Source of the DNA: Oscillospiraceae bacterium
GTDB lineage: Bacteria > Bacillota > Clostridia > Oscillospirales > CAG-272
Direction of reading: 5' to 3'
Assembly: GCA_015065285.1 (NCBI GenBank)
Contig: SVQP01000005.1
Location: 9,794 to 73,793 of the forward strand
DNA: 64,000 nucleotides
Part shown: one piece after another, positions 7,058-15,359 of the stretch
Layout: each line of letters begins with the position of its first letter
How positions within the stretch are numbered: position 1 is the first letter of the stretch
Translations under genes and position numbers: made by a program
Notes under the pieces: model-generated
What the model was told of the DNA's origin: nothing
Seen by the model: only the letters and a program-made list of their open reading frames with translations
Database searches by the model: none

Positions 7058-7609
7058 ATGGACGAGCTTTCGCTTTATGTGCTGGATATCACCATGAATT
7101 CGGTCAGGGCAGGAGCAACTCTTATCTGTGTTTCGTTGATCGAGCAAGGGCAATGGTTGGATTTTCGCGTGCAGGATAACGGATGCGGTATGACTGAGGA
7201 GCAGCTTGCAAAGCTTGCAAACCCGTTCTTTACCACCAGAAAGACCAGAAAGGTCGGACTTGGCATCCCGTTTTTGAAAATGCTTGCCGAGATGACCGGA
7301 GGATACGTTGAGATCTCTTCGGTGCACGAGTCGGCAGGGGAGCATCACGGAACCGTGACGCACGCAAGATTTGGCAAAGATCATATCGATTTTATCCCCA
7401 TCGGCAATATGGTGGATACCATCAAAACCCTGATCCAGGGCTCACCCGAGATCGATTTTGAGTATCTGCACAAAACCGAAAAAGGAGAGGTCACACTTTC
7501 CACACGCGAGCTGCGAAAGGTGCTGGGCGAGGACATCTCGCTTGGCGAGCCCGAGATCCTTTCTTGGATCGACTCGTATCTGACAGAGCAGTACGAGGGG
7601 CTCAATTAA
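7058..7609 (+). CDS. Histidine-kinase-like ATPase (HATPase_c only)
   Basis: N-box NSVRAG, DNGCGM, then TRKTRKVGLGIPF. No HisKA, receiver or DNA-binding domain is visible. Confidence 0.7.
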   Translation: MDELSLYVLDITMNSVRAGATLICVSLIEQGQWLDFRVQDNGCGMTEEQLAKLANPFFTTRKTRKVGLGIPFLKMLAEMTGGYVEISSVHESAGEHHGTVTHARFGKDHIDFIPIGNMVDTIKTLIQGSPEIDFEYLHKTEKGEVTLSTRELRKVLGEDISLGEPEILSWIDSYLTEQYEGLN

Positions 7610-7656
7610 GGTTAGTTTATTAAAAAATTTATAATTATTCTGAAAGGATCATCACA

Positions 7657-8028
7657 ATGAAGTCACTTGAAGAGCTGAAGGCCATCAAGGCCAAAATGCA
7701 GGACAAGGTTGTTCTGCGCAAATCCAGCGGTGACATCCGTATCGTAGTCGGCATGGCTACTTGCGGTATCGCAGCAGGTGCACGTCCCGTTCTCAATGCG
7801 TTTGTTGAGGGTATCAACCAGGCAGGCTTGGGCGAGAGTGTTATCGTTACTCAGACCGGCTGTATCGGCATTTGCCAGTACGAGCCCGTTGTTGAGGTTT
7901 ACACCAAGGACACAGAAAAGGTTACCTACGTCAAAATGACCGCTGAAAAGGCAGCAGAGGTAATCGAGAAGCACATCAAGGGTGGTAAGCCTGTAGCAGA
8001 GTACACCATCAACGCAAACAAGAAGTAA
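7657..8028 (+). CDS. Thioredoxin-like [2Fe-2S] ferredoxin (HydD-like small subunit)
   Basis: 123 aa with MATCGIAAG and TGCIGICQYEP Cys motifs. Confidence 0.75.
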   Translation: MKSLEELKAIKAKMQDKVVLRKSSGDIRIVVGMATCGIAAGARPVLNAFVEGINQAGLGESVIVTQTGCIGICQYEPVVEVYTKDTEKVTYVKMTAEKAAEVIEKHIKGGKPVAEYTINANKK

Positions 8029-8047
8029 TCAAGGAGGATAAAGAGTT

Positions 8048-9874
8048 ATGATTCGTTCTCACGTACTGATTTGCGGCGGTACCGGCTGTAGCTCTTCGGG
8101 CAGCGTTAAGCTGAGCGAAAAGCTGGCAGAGGAACTCAAAGCCAAGGGTCTGGATCAGGAAATCAAGATCGTTCTGACCGGTTGCTTCGGTCTTTGCGCA
8201 CTTGGCCCGATCATGATCGTATATCCCGAGGGCACCTTCTATTCCAGAGTTACAATCGATGACATCCCCGAGATCGTTTCCGAGCACCTGGAGAAGGGTA
8301 GAATCGTTGAGCGTCTGGTTTACAACGAAACCGATGCAGCACAGGGCGAGGAGGAGCTGGAGGCAGCATCTCTGAGCGAGACCACCTTCTACAAAAAGCA
8401 GAAGAGAGTTGCACTGCGTAACTGCGGTGTGATCAACCCTGAGAGCATTGAAGAGTACATCGCAATGGACGGCTACTTCGCACTGGAGAAGGCTCTGCGC
8501 GAAATGACCCCCGATGAAGTGATTCAGACCATTCTGGATTCCGGTCTGCGCGGCAGAGGCGGTGGCGGATTCCCCACCGGTCTTAAGTGGAAGTTTGCTT
8601 CGGGCAACCGCGGCAACGTTAAGAAGTACGTTGCATGTAACGCAGACGAGGGTGACCCTGGTGCGTTCATGGACCGTTCCATTCTGGAGGGTGACCCCCA
8701 CGCAGTCATCGAGGCTATGGCAATCGCTGCTTACGCAATCGGCGCTGACGAGGGCTACGTATACGTTCGTGCTGAGTACCCCATCGCAGTAAACCGTCTG
8801 CAGATCGCGATCGATCAGGCAAGAGAGTACGGTCTGCTGGGTGAAAACATTTTCGGCACCGGCTTTAACTTTGATATGAAGATCCGTCTTGGCGCAGGCG
8901 CATTCGTTTGCGGTGAAGAGACTGCTCTGATGACCTCTATTGAGGGTAACCGCGGTGAGCCCAGACCCCGTCCTCCTTTCCCGGCAGTCAAGGGTCTGTT
9001 CGAGCAGCCTACCGTACTTAACAACGTTGAGACCTATGCAAACATTCCTCAGATCATCCTGAACGGTGTGGAATGGTTCACCAGCATGGGTACCGAAAAG
9101 TCCAAGGGCACCAAGGTATTCGCACTGGGCGGCAAGATCACCAACACCGGTCTTGTTGAGGTTCCCATGGGTACTACTCTGCGCGAGGTTATTGAGGAAA
9201 TCGGCGGCGGCATCCCGAACGGCAAGAAGTTCAAGGCTGCTCAGACCGGTGGTCCTTCCGGTGGTTGTATCCCCGCATCCCTGATCGATACTCCCATTGA
9301 CTACGACAACCTGACTGCTATCGGTTGTATGATGGGCTCGGGCGGTCTGATCGTTATGGACGAGGACAACTGCATGGTTGATATTGCTAAGTTCTTCCTG
9401 GAATTCACGGTTGACGAATCCTGCGGTAAGTGCACCCCCTGCCGCGTAGGTACTCGCAGACTGCTTGAGATCCTGGATAAGATCATTTCCGGTAACGGTG
9501 AGCTTGAGGACCTGGACCGCATGGAAGAGCTGTGCGAGTACATCAAGTCCGCATCTCTGTGCGGCCTTGGTCAGACTGCTCCTAACCCCGTTATCGCAAC
9601 CCTGAAGTTCTTCCGTGATGAGTACATCGCTCATATCGTAGACAAGAAGTGCCCTGCAGGCGTCTGCAAGAGCCTGATGTCCTACGTCATTGATAAGGAA
9701 AAGTGCATTGGCTGTGGCAAGTGCTTGAAGAACTGCCCCGCAGATGCAATTACTAAGACCGACTACGTAGCACCCGGCCACAAGCTGCCTTCGCTGTCCA
9801 TCGACGCTTCCAAGTGCGTCAAGTGCGGCGCTTGCGTATCCGGCTGTAAGTTCGGCGCAATCTATAAGGACTAA
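8048..9874 (+). CDS. hydB: [FeFe]-hydrogenase NuoF-like flavoprotein subunit (HydB/HndC type)
   Basis: N-terminal thioredoxin-like 2Fe-2S, FMN/NADH site GRGGGGFPTGLKW, SLBB/4Fe-4S motif CGKCTPCR, and two C-terminal ferredoxin motifs. Confidence 0.9.
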   Translation: MIRSHVLICGGTGCSSSGSVKLSEKLAEELKAKGLDQEIKIVLTGCFGLCALGPIMIVYPEGTFYSRVTIDDIPEIVSEHLEKGRIVERLVYNETDAAQGEEELEAASLSETTFYKKQKRVALRNCGVINPESIEEYIAMDGYFALEKALREMTPDEVIQTILDSGLRGRGGGGFPTGLKWKFASGNRGNVKKYVACNADEGDPGAFMDRSILEGDPHAVIEAMAIAAYAIGADEGYVYVRAEYPIAVNRLQIAIDQAREYGLLGENIFGTGFNFDMKIRLGAGAFVCGEETALMTSIEGNRGEPRPRPPFPAVKGLFEQPTVLNNVETYANIPQIILNGVEWFTSMGTEKSKGTKVFALGGKITNTGLVEVPMGTTLREVIEEIGGGIPNGKKFKAAQTGGPSGGCIPASLIDTPIDYDNLTAIGCMMGSGGLIVMDEDNCMVDIAKFFLEFTVDESCGKCTPCRVGTRRLLEILDKIISGNGELEDLDRMEELCEYIKSASLCGLGQTAPNPVIATLKFFRDEYIAHIVDKKCPAGVCKSLMSYVIDKEKCIGCGKCLKNCPADAITKTDYVAPGHKLPSLSIDASKCVKCGACVSGCKFGAIYKD

Positions 9875-9892
9875 GAAAGGAGAATTGTGGAT

Positions 9893-11638
9893 ATGGAAAC
9901 CAAAATGCTTAACATCAAGATTAACGGTCAGCCTTATACCGTGCCCTACGGAACCACTGTTCTCGAAGCTGCCAAGCTGGCAGGTATCGATATTCCCACG
10001 CTTTGCTACCTCAAGGACATCAACGAGATCGGCGCATGCCGTCTGTGCCTGGTAGAGGTAAAGGGTGCTCGCGGACTGGTAACCGCTTGCGTATATCCCA
10101 TTGAGCGCGAGGGTACTGAAATTGTAACCAACTCTCCCGCTATTATCAAGGCGAGAAAGATGAATTTGCAGCTGCTCTTGTCCAACCACAACAAGAAGTG
10201 CCTGTCCTGCGTGCGCTCCACCAACTGCGAGCTGCAGAAGCTGTGCCAGGAATACGGTGTGGAAGAGGACTACTATGCAGGCATTAAGACCGAGAGCCGT
10301 ATTGACGACTCCTCTTGCGCAATTATCCGCGATAACAGCAAGTGCATTCTGTGCCGCCGTTGCTCCGCAATGTGCGAAAAGGTACAGGGCATTGGCGTAA
10401 TCGGCGCAAACGACCGTGGCTTTGATACCCACATTGGCTGCACCTTCGATACTCCCTTGGCAACCACCTCTTGCGTCAACTGCGGTCAGTGCATCAACGC
10501 ATGTCCCGTAGGCGCTCTGTACGAGAAGGATTCTACCGACGAGGTATTCGAGGCTCTGGCTGATACCTCCAAGCACGTTGTTGTTCAGACTGCTCCCGCA
10601 GTTCGTGCAGCAATTGCTGAAGAGTTTGGCAATCCCATCGGCACCAACGGTGAGGGCAGAATGGTTGCTGCTCTGCGTCGTCTGGGCTTTACCAACGTAT
10701 TTGATACCGACTTTGCAGCAGACCTGACCATTATGGAAGAAGCAACCGAGTTCCTTGGCAGATTCAAGAACGGCGGCGTGCTGCCCATGATCACCTCCTG
10801 CTCGCCCGGTTGGGTGAAGTACTGCGAGCACTACTATCCTGAGTTCACCGAGAACCTCTCCTCCTGCAAGTCTCCTCACCAGATGCTTGGTGCGATCATC
10901 AAGACCTACTATGCAGAGAAGATGGGCTGGGATCCCAAGGACGTAGTTGTCGTATCCATCATGCCTTGTACTGCTAAGAAGTTCGAGATCGGCAGAGCTG
11001 ACGAGAACGCAGCAGGCGTACCGGACGTTGATATCTCTCTGACCACCCGCGAGCTGGCTCGTATGATCCGCCGTGCAGGTATCAACTTCAACGAGCTTCC
11101 CGAGGAGCAGTTCGATGCACCTCTGGGCATCTCCACCGGTGCAGGCGTTATCTTCGGCGCAACCGGCGGCGTAATGGAAGCAGCGCTGAGAACTGCTGTA
11201 TTCGCACTGACCGGCAAGAACCCCGAAAAGCTGGAGTTCCACGAGGTTCGCGGCACTCAGGGCTGGAAGGAAGCAAGCTACACCATTGGCGATATTACGC
11301 TCAACGTAGCAGTTGCATCCGGCACCAAGAATGCAGCCGCTCTGCTTGATGCTGTCAAGAGCGGTGAAAAGAAGTATGACTTCATCGAGATCATGGGTTG
11401 TCCTGGCGGCTGTGTAAACGGCGGCGGTCAGCCTCACGTTGAAGCTAAGGTTCTGAACTGGACCGACGTTCGCGCTCTGCGTGCAAGCGTACTGTACAAC
11501 CTGGACGCTTCCATGCCTCTGCGTCTGTCTCACGAGAACCCTGCGATCAAGGAGCTGTATGACAGCTACCTTGGCGAGCCCAACAGCCACAAGGCTCATG
11601 AGCTGCTTCACACCACCTACGTGAAGAGAGGTCTTTAA
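9893..11638 (+). CDS. hydA: [FeFe]-hydrogenase catalytic subunit (HydA/HndD type)
   Basis: N-terminal 2Fe-2S, a His-ligated cluster (HNKKCLSC), two 4Fe-4S motifs, and H-cluster motifs TSCSPGW, MPCTAKKFE, EIMGCPGGCVNGGGQP. AAGGAG lies 10 nt before the ATG at 9893. Confidence 0.9.
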   Translation: METKMLNIKINGQPYTVPYGTTVLEAAKLAGIDIPTLCYLKDINEIGACRLCLVEVKGARGLVTACVYPIEREGTEIVTNSPAIIKARKMNLQLLLSNHNKKCLSCVRSTNCELQKLCQEYGVEEDYYAGIKTESRIDDSSCAIIRDNSKCILCRRCSAMCEKVQGIGVIGANDRGFDTHIGCTFDTPLATTSCVNCGQCINACPVGALYEKDSTDEVFEALADTSKHVVVQTAPAVRAAIAEEFGNPIGTNGEGRMVAALRRLGFTNVFDTDFAADLTIMEEATEFLGRFKNGGVLPMITSCSPGWVKYCEHYYPEFTENLSSCKSPHQMLGAIIKTYYAEKMGWDPKDVVVVSIMPCTAKKFEIGRADENAAGVPDVDISLTTRELARMIRRAGINFNELPEEQFDAPLGISTGAGVIFGATGGVMEAALRTAVFALTGKNPEKLEFHEVRGTQGWKEASYTIGDITLNVAVASGTKNAAALLDAVKSGEKKYDFIEIMGCPGGCVNGGGQPHVEAKVLNWTDVRALRASVLYNLDASMPLRLSHENPAIKELYDSYLGEPNSHKAHELLHTTYVKRGL

Positions 11639-11643
11639 GACAT

Positions 11644-11684
11644 AAAACACACCCGCGACGCAGTCGCGGGTGTGTTTTATTTTG
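11644..11684 (+). terminator. Intrinsic terminator of the hydrogenase operon
   Basis: AAAACACACCCGCGAC, gca, GTCGCGGGTGTGTTTT, followed by a T-rich run. Confidence 0.85.
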
Positions 11685-11737
11685 CAACCGTCACCATACT
11701 ATTTGAAAATCCAATGCTTGTCCAAACTGCTTGCCCA

Positions 11738-11948
11738 GCCCCTTCCTCCCGTTACGCTACGCTACGGGAGCCCTCCTTCCCCTGTGGGGACGGCTTATTT
11801 TAATCGCTTGCATCGAAGAGAATCACAAGACGGATAACAAAAAAGTGTCCTACGATGGGAAAAGTCAACAGAACGGATGCGCGACGCGAAGCCGTCCCCA
11901 CAGGGGAAGGGGCGCCTCGCTGCGTTGCTAAGCGAGGGGAAGGGGTTG
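11738..11948. repeat. Large imperfect inverted repeat with a perfect 22-bp core
   Basis: 11775-11796 CCTTCCCCTGTGGGGACGGCTT is the exact reverse complement of 11889-11910. The outer arms share CCCCTTCC plus internal mini-hairpins. The loop is 92 nt. Confidence 0.85.
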
Positions 11949-12086
11949 CCTGAACACATCGGGATAGTTCTGTATCGTGATGAAAGCATTATCGGAGTAA
12001 CAAAAGAAGCAGGAATCTGTTCATTATTGAACAAATTCCCGCAATTTTAACACTGACTTATCCGCCCTATCTGAACGCGAATTTTT

Positions 12087-12824
12087 TCAAAACACCACCG
12101 CCAACACCAAAAGGTGCAGGGGATAGAACGCGTAAAAGCCGTATTTCATGGCTGCTGCCCATACCTTGTTCTTGGGCTTGGGTCCGGGCTTACCGTTATA
12201 AAACACCATGGGAATAAAGGCAACTGCTGCGAATATGCCGCGCTGGTAAACGGGCTCATCCCAAGCACCCGTCAGCAGCTGGTTGCGGAAGGCAAACAGC
12301 ACCGTGATGGGGCACCATGCCCAGCGAGTGGTTGCAAAGACGTAGAGCATCAGGATCAGCACCATGCCTTCCCAGCCGTAGTCCACACCCAGAAATTCAC
12401 CTGCAAATACCGTGCCGCAGCATGCCATGCAAAGCAGCAAAGCCCACAGCCACCAAGCGCCCTTGCGCCTCTGCGCCACGCGCTTGCCAAGGTCCAAAAG
12501 CCACATTGCACCAAGCGAGGCAGCCAGCGTGAACAAAATATTCAAATGATCCCATTTCCACCAAACACCGTTGAAGCAATAGGTGTAGATGGGCTGTGAT
12601 AGCAGTGCCAATGCCAGCAGCTGCAACAGGTATCGCCACCTGCTGCGCGTGTGAAGAAAGCCCTGCACCAGCATAAAGGCATACAGGGGAAAGGACACTC
12701 TGCCGATCATGCGGCAGATCTCCCAACCCGTAAACTGCCCCACGGCAGCTGCGTGGTCGATCACCATAGTCAAGGCAGCGATGATTTTGATCCAGAAAAT
12801 GCTCAAGCCACTCACCTCCGTCAT
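12087..12824 (-). CDS. TraX family membrane protein
   Basis: KIIAALTMVIDH ... GRVSFPLYAFMLVQGF is typical of TraX. The ATG at 12824 has GGAGGTG upstream. Confidence 0.7.
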   Translation of the reverse strand: MTEVSGLSIFWIKIIAALTMVIDHAAAVGQFTGWEICRMIGRVSFPLYAFMLVQGFLHTRSRWRYLLQLLALALLSQPIYTYCFNGVWWKWDHLNILFTLAASLGAMWLLDLGKRVAQRRKGAWWLWALLLCMACCGTVFAGEFLGVDYGWEGMVLILMLYVFATTRWAWCPITVLFAFRNQLLTGAWDEPVYQRGIFAAVAFIPMVFYNGKPGPKPKNKVWAAAMKYGFYAFYPLHLLVLAVVF

Positions 12825-12946
12825 CTGATTTATTATAACATACCAATGCAAAAAAACGAACACTTTTTGCAAAAAAATATTGCAAACAGAGCAGGGATAT
12901 GGTAGAATAAAAGTGTAAATAGAATTTACCTTCAAGGAGATATCAT

Positions 12947-13840
12947 ATGAACATCGGTGAGAAGATCAAGAATCTTCGAACGTCCAAAATGATGACCCAG
13001 CAGGAGCTGGCAGGAGATTTTATCACAAGAAATATGCTCTCGCGCATTGAGCATGGCGCAGCCTTACCCAGCCTGCCCACAGTGGTCTATCTTGCCAATC
13101 GTCTGGGCGTGCCTGCAGGCTTTTTGCTGGCAGAGGAGGAAAACGAATTTCTGTATCAGAAGATCCGCCATATCCCCAATATCCGCAGGGCATTCCGCAT
13201 GGGGGATTATCGCATCTGTCGCCAGCTCTGCGAGTCTGCGCTCTCGGAATCTGACGATGAGATCGCGCTGCTCATGGCGGAGTGCGCCTTTGAGATTGGC
13301 AAGGAGGAATTTTTTGCGGGGAATCTGCACAACGCCTGCTATTGGTTTGATACAGCGCTTAAGGACGCTGCGTTGACTGCTTATCACACAGCGCATATCG
13401 TAGCACCGGTGATTGTGTTTTTCCGCCATATGCGCCAAATCTCGCCCTCGCTGAGCTCTTATGAGGCAGAGAATCTGCTGCCGGGTGAGCGTGATTATTC
13501 GGCATGGCAGGAGCCGTTTTGCCGTTACGTGCTGATCATGGAGCAACCGGGATATCCCGATCCTGCACACCATTTTGATCCGGATGCCCCGCTGGAGCGT
13601 CAGCTTTCCATGCACGTGCAAGCAACACGCATGCAGGCACAGGGTGATTTTGCGGGTGCATACCGTGTGCTGTGCGATATTCTGGAGGACGAGGATGCAC
13701 CGATTCCGGTGCTGCTTTACCGCGTGCTGCACGATGCCGAGAATTGCTGTAAGGCGCTTGAGGATTACAAGGGCGCTTACGATAACTCGATTTACAAGCT
13801 GTCGGTTCAGGAAAAGCTTTTGGCGGAGAACACGGTATGA
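12947..13840 (+). CDS. XRE-family HTH regulator with a helical-repeat (TPR-like) C-terminal domain
   Basis: N-terminal MTQQELAG...MLSRIEHG HTH followed by about 230 aa of helical sequence. This is an RNPP-like architecture. Confidence 0.7.
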   Translation: MNIGEKIKNLRTSKMMTQQELAGDFITRNMLSRIEHGAALPSLPTVVYLANRLGVPAGFLLAEEENEFLYQKIRHIPNIRRAFRMGDYRICRQLCESALSESDDEIALLMAECAFEIGKEEFFAGNLHNACYWFDTALKDAALTAYHTAHIVAPVIVFFRHMRQISPSLSSYEAENLLPGERDYSAWQEPFCRYVLIMEQPGYPDPAHHFDPDAPLERQLSMHVQATRMQAQGDFAGAYRVLCDILEDEDAPIPVLLYRVLHDAENCCKALEDYKGAYDNSIYKLSVQEKLLAENTV

Positions 13841-14154
13841 GAAGATTTTGCTTGATTTGCCTGGCATTTTTTCTGCTGCTTTCGGGCTGTGCAGCAAAAG
13901 GTGTGACGTTTGTTGATGGTGAGACGCTGAATCATGCGGAGCAGCAATCCCTATATGAATCTCGTGTAGAGCAGCAGGGTGAGCCGGATGTGAGCGGAAA
14001 GGGTGAGGTGTACTTTACGCCAAGCGGTACCAAGTATCATAAAGACCCTGATTGCAGCTACCTTGGCGGTGCCAAGCAGGTGCTATCCGGCAGCATTGCC
14101 GAGGCAGTCAATCACGGTGCCAAGAGCCCGTGCTCACGTTGTGGAGGACAATAA
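13837..14154 (+). CDS. Small lipoprotein with a C-terminal H/C-rich putative zinc motif
   Basis: Lipobox LLSGC. C-terminus GTKYHKDPDC ... SPCSRCG. The start overlaps the regulator stop (ATGA). Confidence 0.6.
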   Translation: MRRFCLICLAFFLLLSGCAAKGVTFVDGETLNHAEQQSLYESRVEQQGEPDVSGKGEVYFTPSGTKYHKDPDCSYLGGAKQVLSGSIAEAVNHGAKSPCSRCGGQ

Positions 14155-14156
14155 CT

Positions 14157-15356
14157 ATGGAAAGAAAAATCAGAATCAGACCTGCGCTGCAAGCTGACGT
14201 TGCAGCAATCATGTCCGTGTTTGCTCAGGCACGTGCTGCAATTGCCGCGCTTGGCATCGATCAGTGGCAGGACGGTTATCCCACAGATGCGCACGTGTCT
14301 GCGGACATCGAAAAAGGGTATGGATACGTACTGTGCGATGCGTCAGGCGTGCAGGGCTATTTTGCCATGATACCCGAGCCTGAGCCTACTTATCATCAGA
14401 TTTTTGACGGTGCATGGCTGACCGACGGTGCATATATGACCGTGCACCGCGTTGCTGTATCAGACGCTTTGCGCGGGCAGGGAGGTGCGGCACAAGCTAT
14501 GCAGTTTGCCGTATCGCGCGCTTTGCGCGCGGGATTGCAGTCGGTCAGGATCGACACGCACAAGGGTAATTTGCGCATGCGAAGATTCCTTGAAAAGCAA
14601 GGGTTTTCGGCGTGCGGCTCCATTTATCTTGCAAGCGGTGCGCACCGCGTGGCATACGAAAAGGATTTGCGAGGTGTGCTCAGCCATGCCCCCGTCGTGC
14701 TGTACGAGGATCGGAATATGATCATCTGCGAAAAGCCGGTCGGTCAGCCAAGTCAGCCCGACCCCGCGCATGCGGACGGCTCGGATCTGCTCTCGCGCAT
14801 CATGGCATGGCGAGAGGCTTGCGGATATTCGCCCGAGATTTATTTGGTGCACCGATTGGATACCGCCACGGGCGGAGCCATTCTGTTTGCCAAGGATAAG
14901 GCAAGCGCTGCGCGACTTGGCGGCATGGTGGTCGGCAAGCAGATACACAAGCAATACGTGGCGGTGGTGCACGGCACACTGACGCCCCAAGAGGGTGTGA
15001 TGGTGGACCTGTTGTACCACGATAAGTCCAAGAATAAAGCATTTGTAGTGGATAGCGAGCGCAAGGGCGTCAAACAGGCGATTCTTTCCTACCGCACCCG
15101 TGCGGTGCAGGGGGAATGCAGTCTGGTTGAGGTCACGCTGCAGACCGGGCGCACGCATCAGATCCGCGCGCAGCTGTCTCATGCGGGGCATCCGCTGCTG
15201 GGGGATGGCAAATACGGCAGCCGCGAAAAGGGCTGCACCACCGCCTTGTGGGCGTCTTACTTGTGCGTGACGCATCCGCAAACCGGTAAGGAAATTGAGG
15301 TACAAAGCACACCGCCCAAGGCATATCCTTGGAATTTGTTTGATGTAAAGGAGTAA
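14157..15356 (+). CDS. GNAT acetyltransferase - RluA-family pseudouridine synthase fusion
   Basis: GGAGGA lies 8 nt before the ATG at 14157. The N-terminal half is GNAT-like (VAVSDALRGQGGAAQAM...KQGF). The C-terminal half has HRLDTATGGAILFAK and a GRTHQIRAQL-type RluA core. Confidence 0.75.
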   Translation: MERKIRIRPALQADVAAIMSVFAQARAAIAALGIDQWQDGYPTDAHVSADIEKGYGYVLCDASGVQGYFAMIPEPEPTYHQIFDGAWLTDGAYMTVHRVAVSDALRGQGGAAQAMQFAVSRALRAGLQSVRIDTHKGNLRMRRFLEKQGFSACGSIYLASGAHRVAYEKDLRGVLSHAPVVLYEDRNMIICEKPVGQPSQPDPAHADGSDLLSRIMAWREACGYSPEIYLVHRLDTATGGAILFAKDKASAARLGGMVVGKQIHKQYVAVVHGTLTPQEGVMVDLLYHDKSKNKAFVVDSERKGVKQAILSYRTRAVQGECSLVEVTLQTGRTHQIRAQLSHAGHPLLGDGKYGSREKGCTTALWASYLCVTHPQTGKEIEVQSTPPKAYPWNLFDVKE

Positions 15357-15359
15357 GAT

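Noticed and set aside
8009-11650. A 1213-aa ORF on the minus strand spanning hydB and hydA.
   Set aside because: It is exactly antisense to two genes with unmistakable NuoF and [FeFe]-hydrogenase motifs. Its translation is low-complexity (rich in Ala, Gly, Val, Leu, Cys and Gln) with no motif. It is the expected stop-free shadow frame of strongly GC3/RNY-biased coding sequence.
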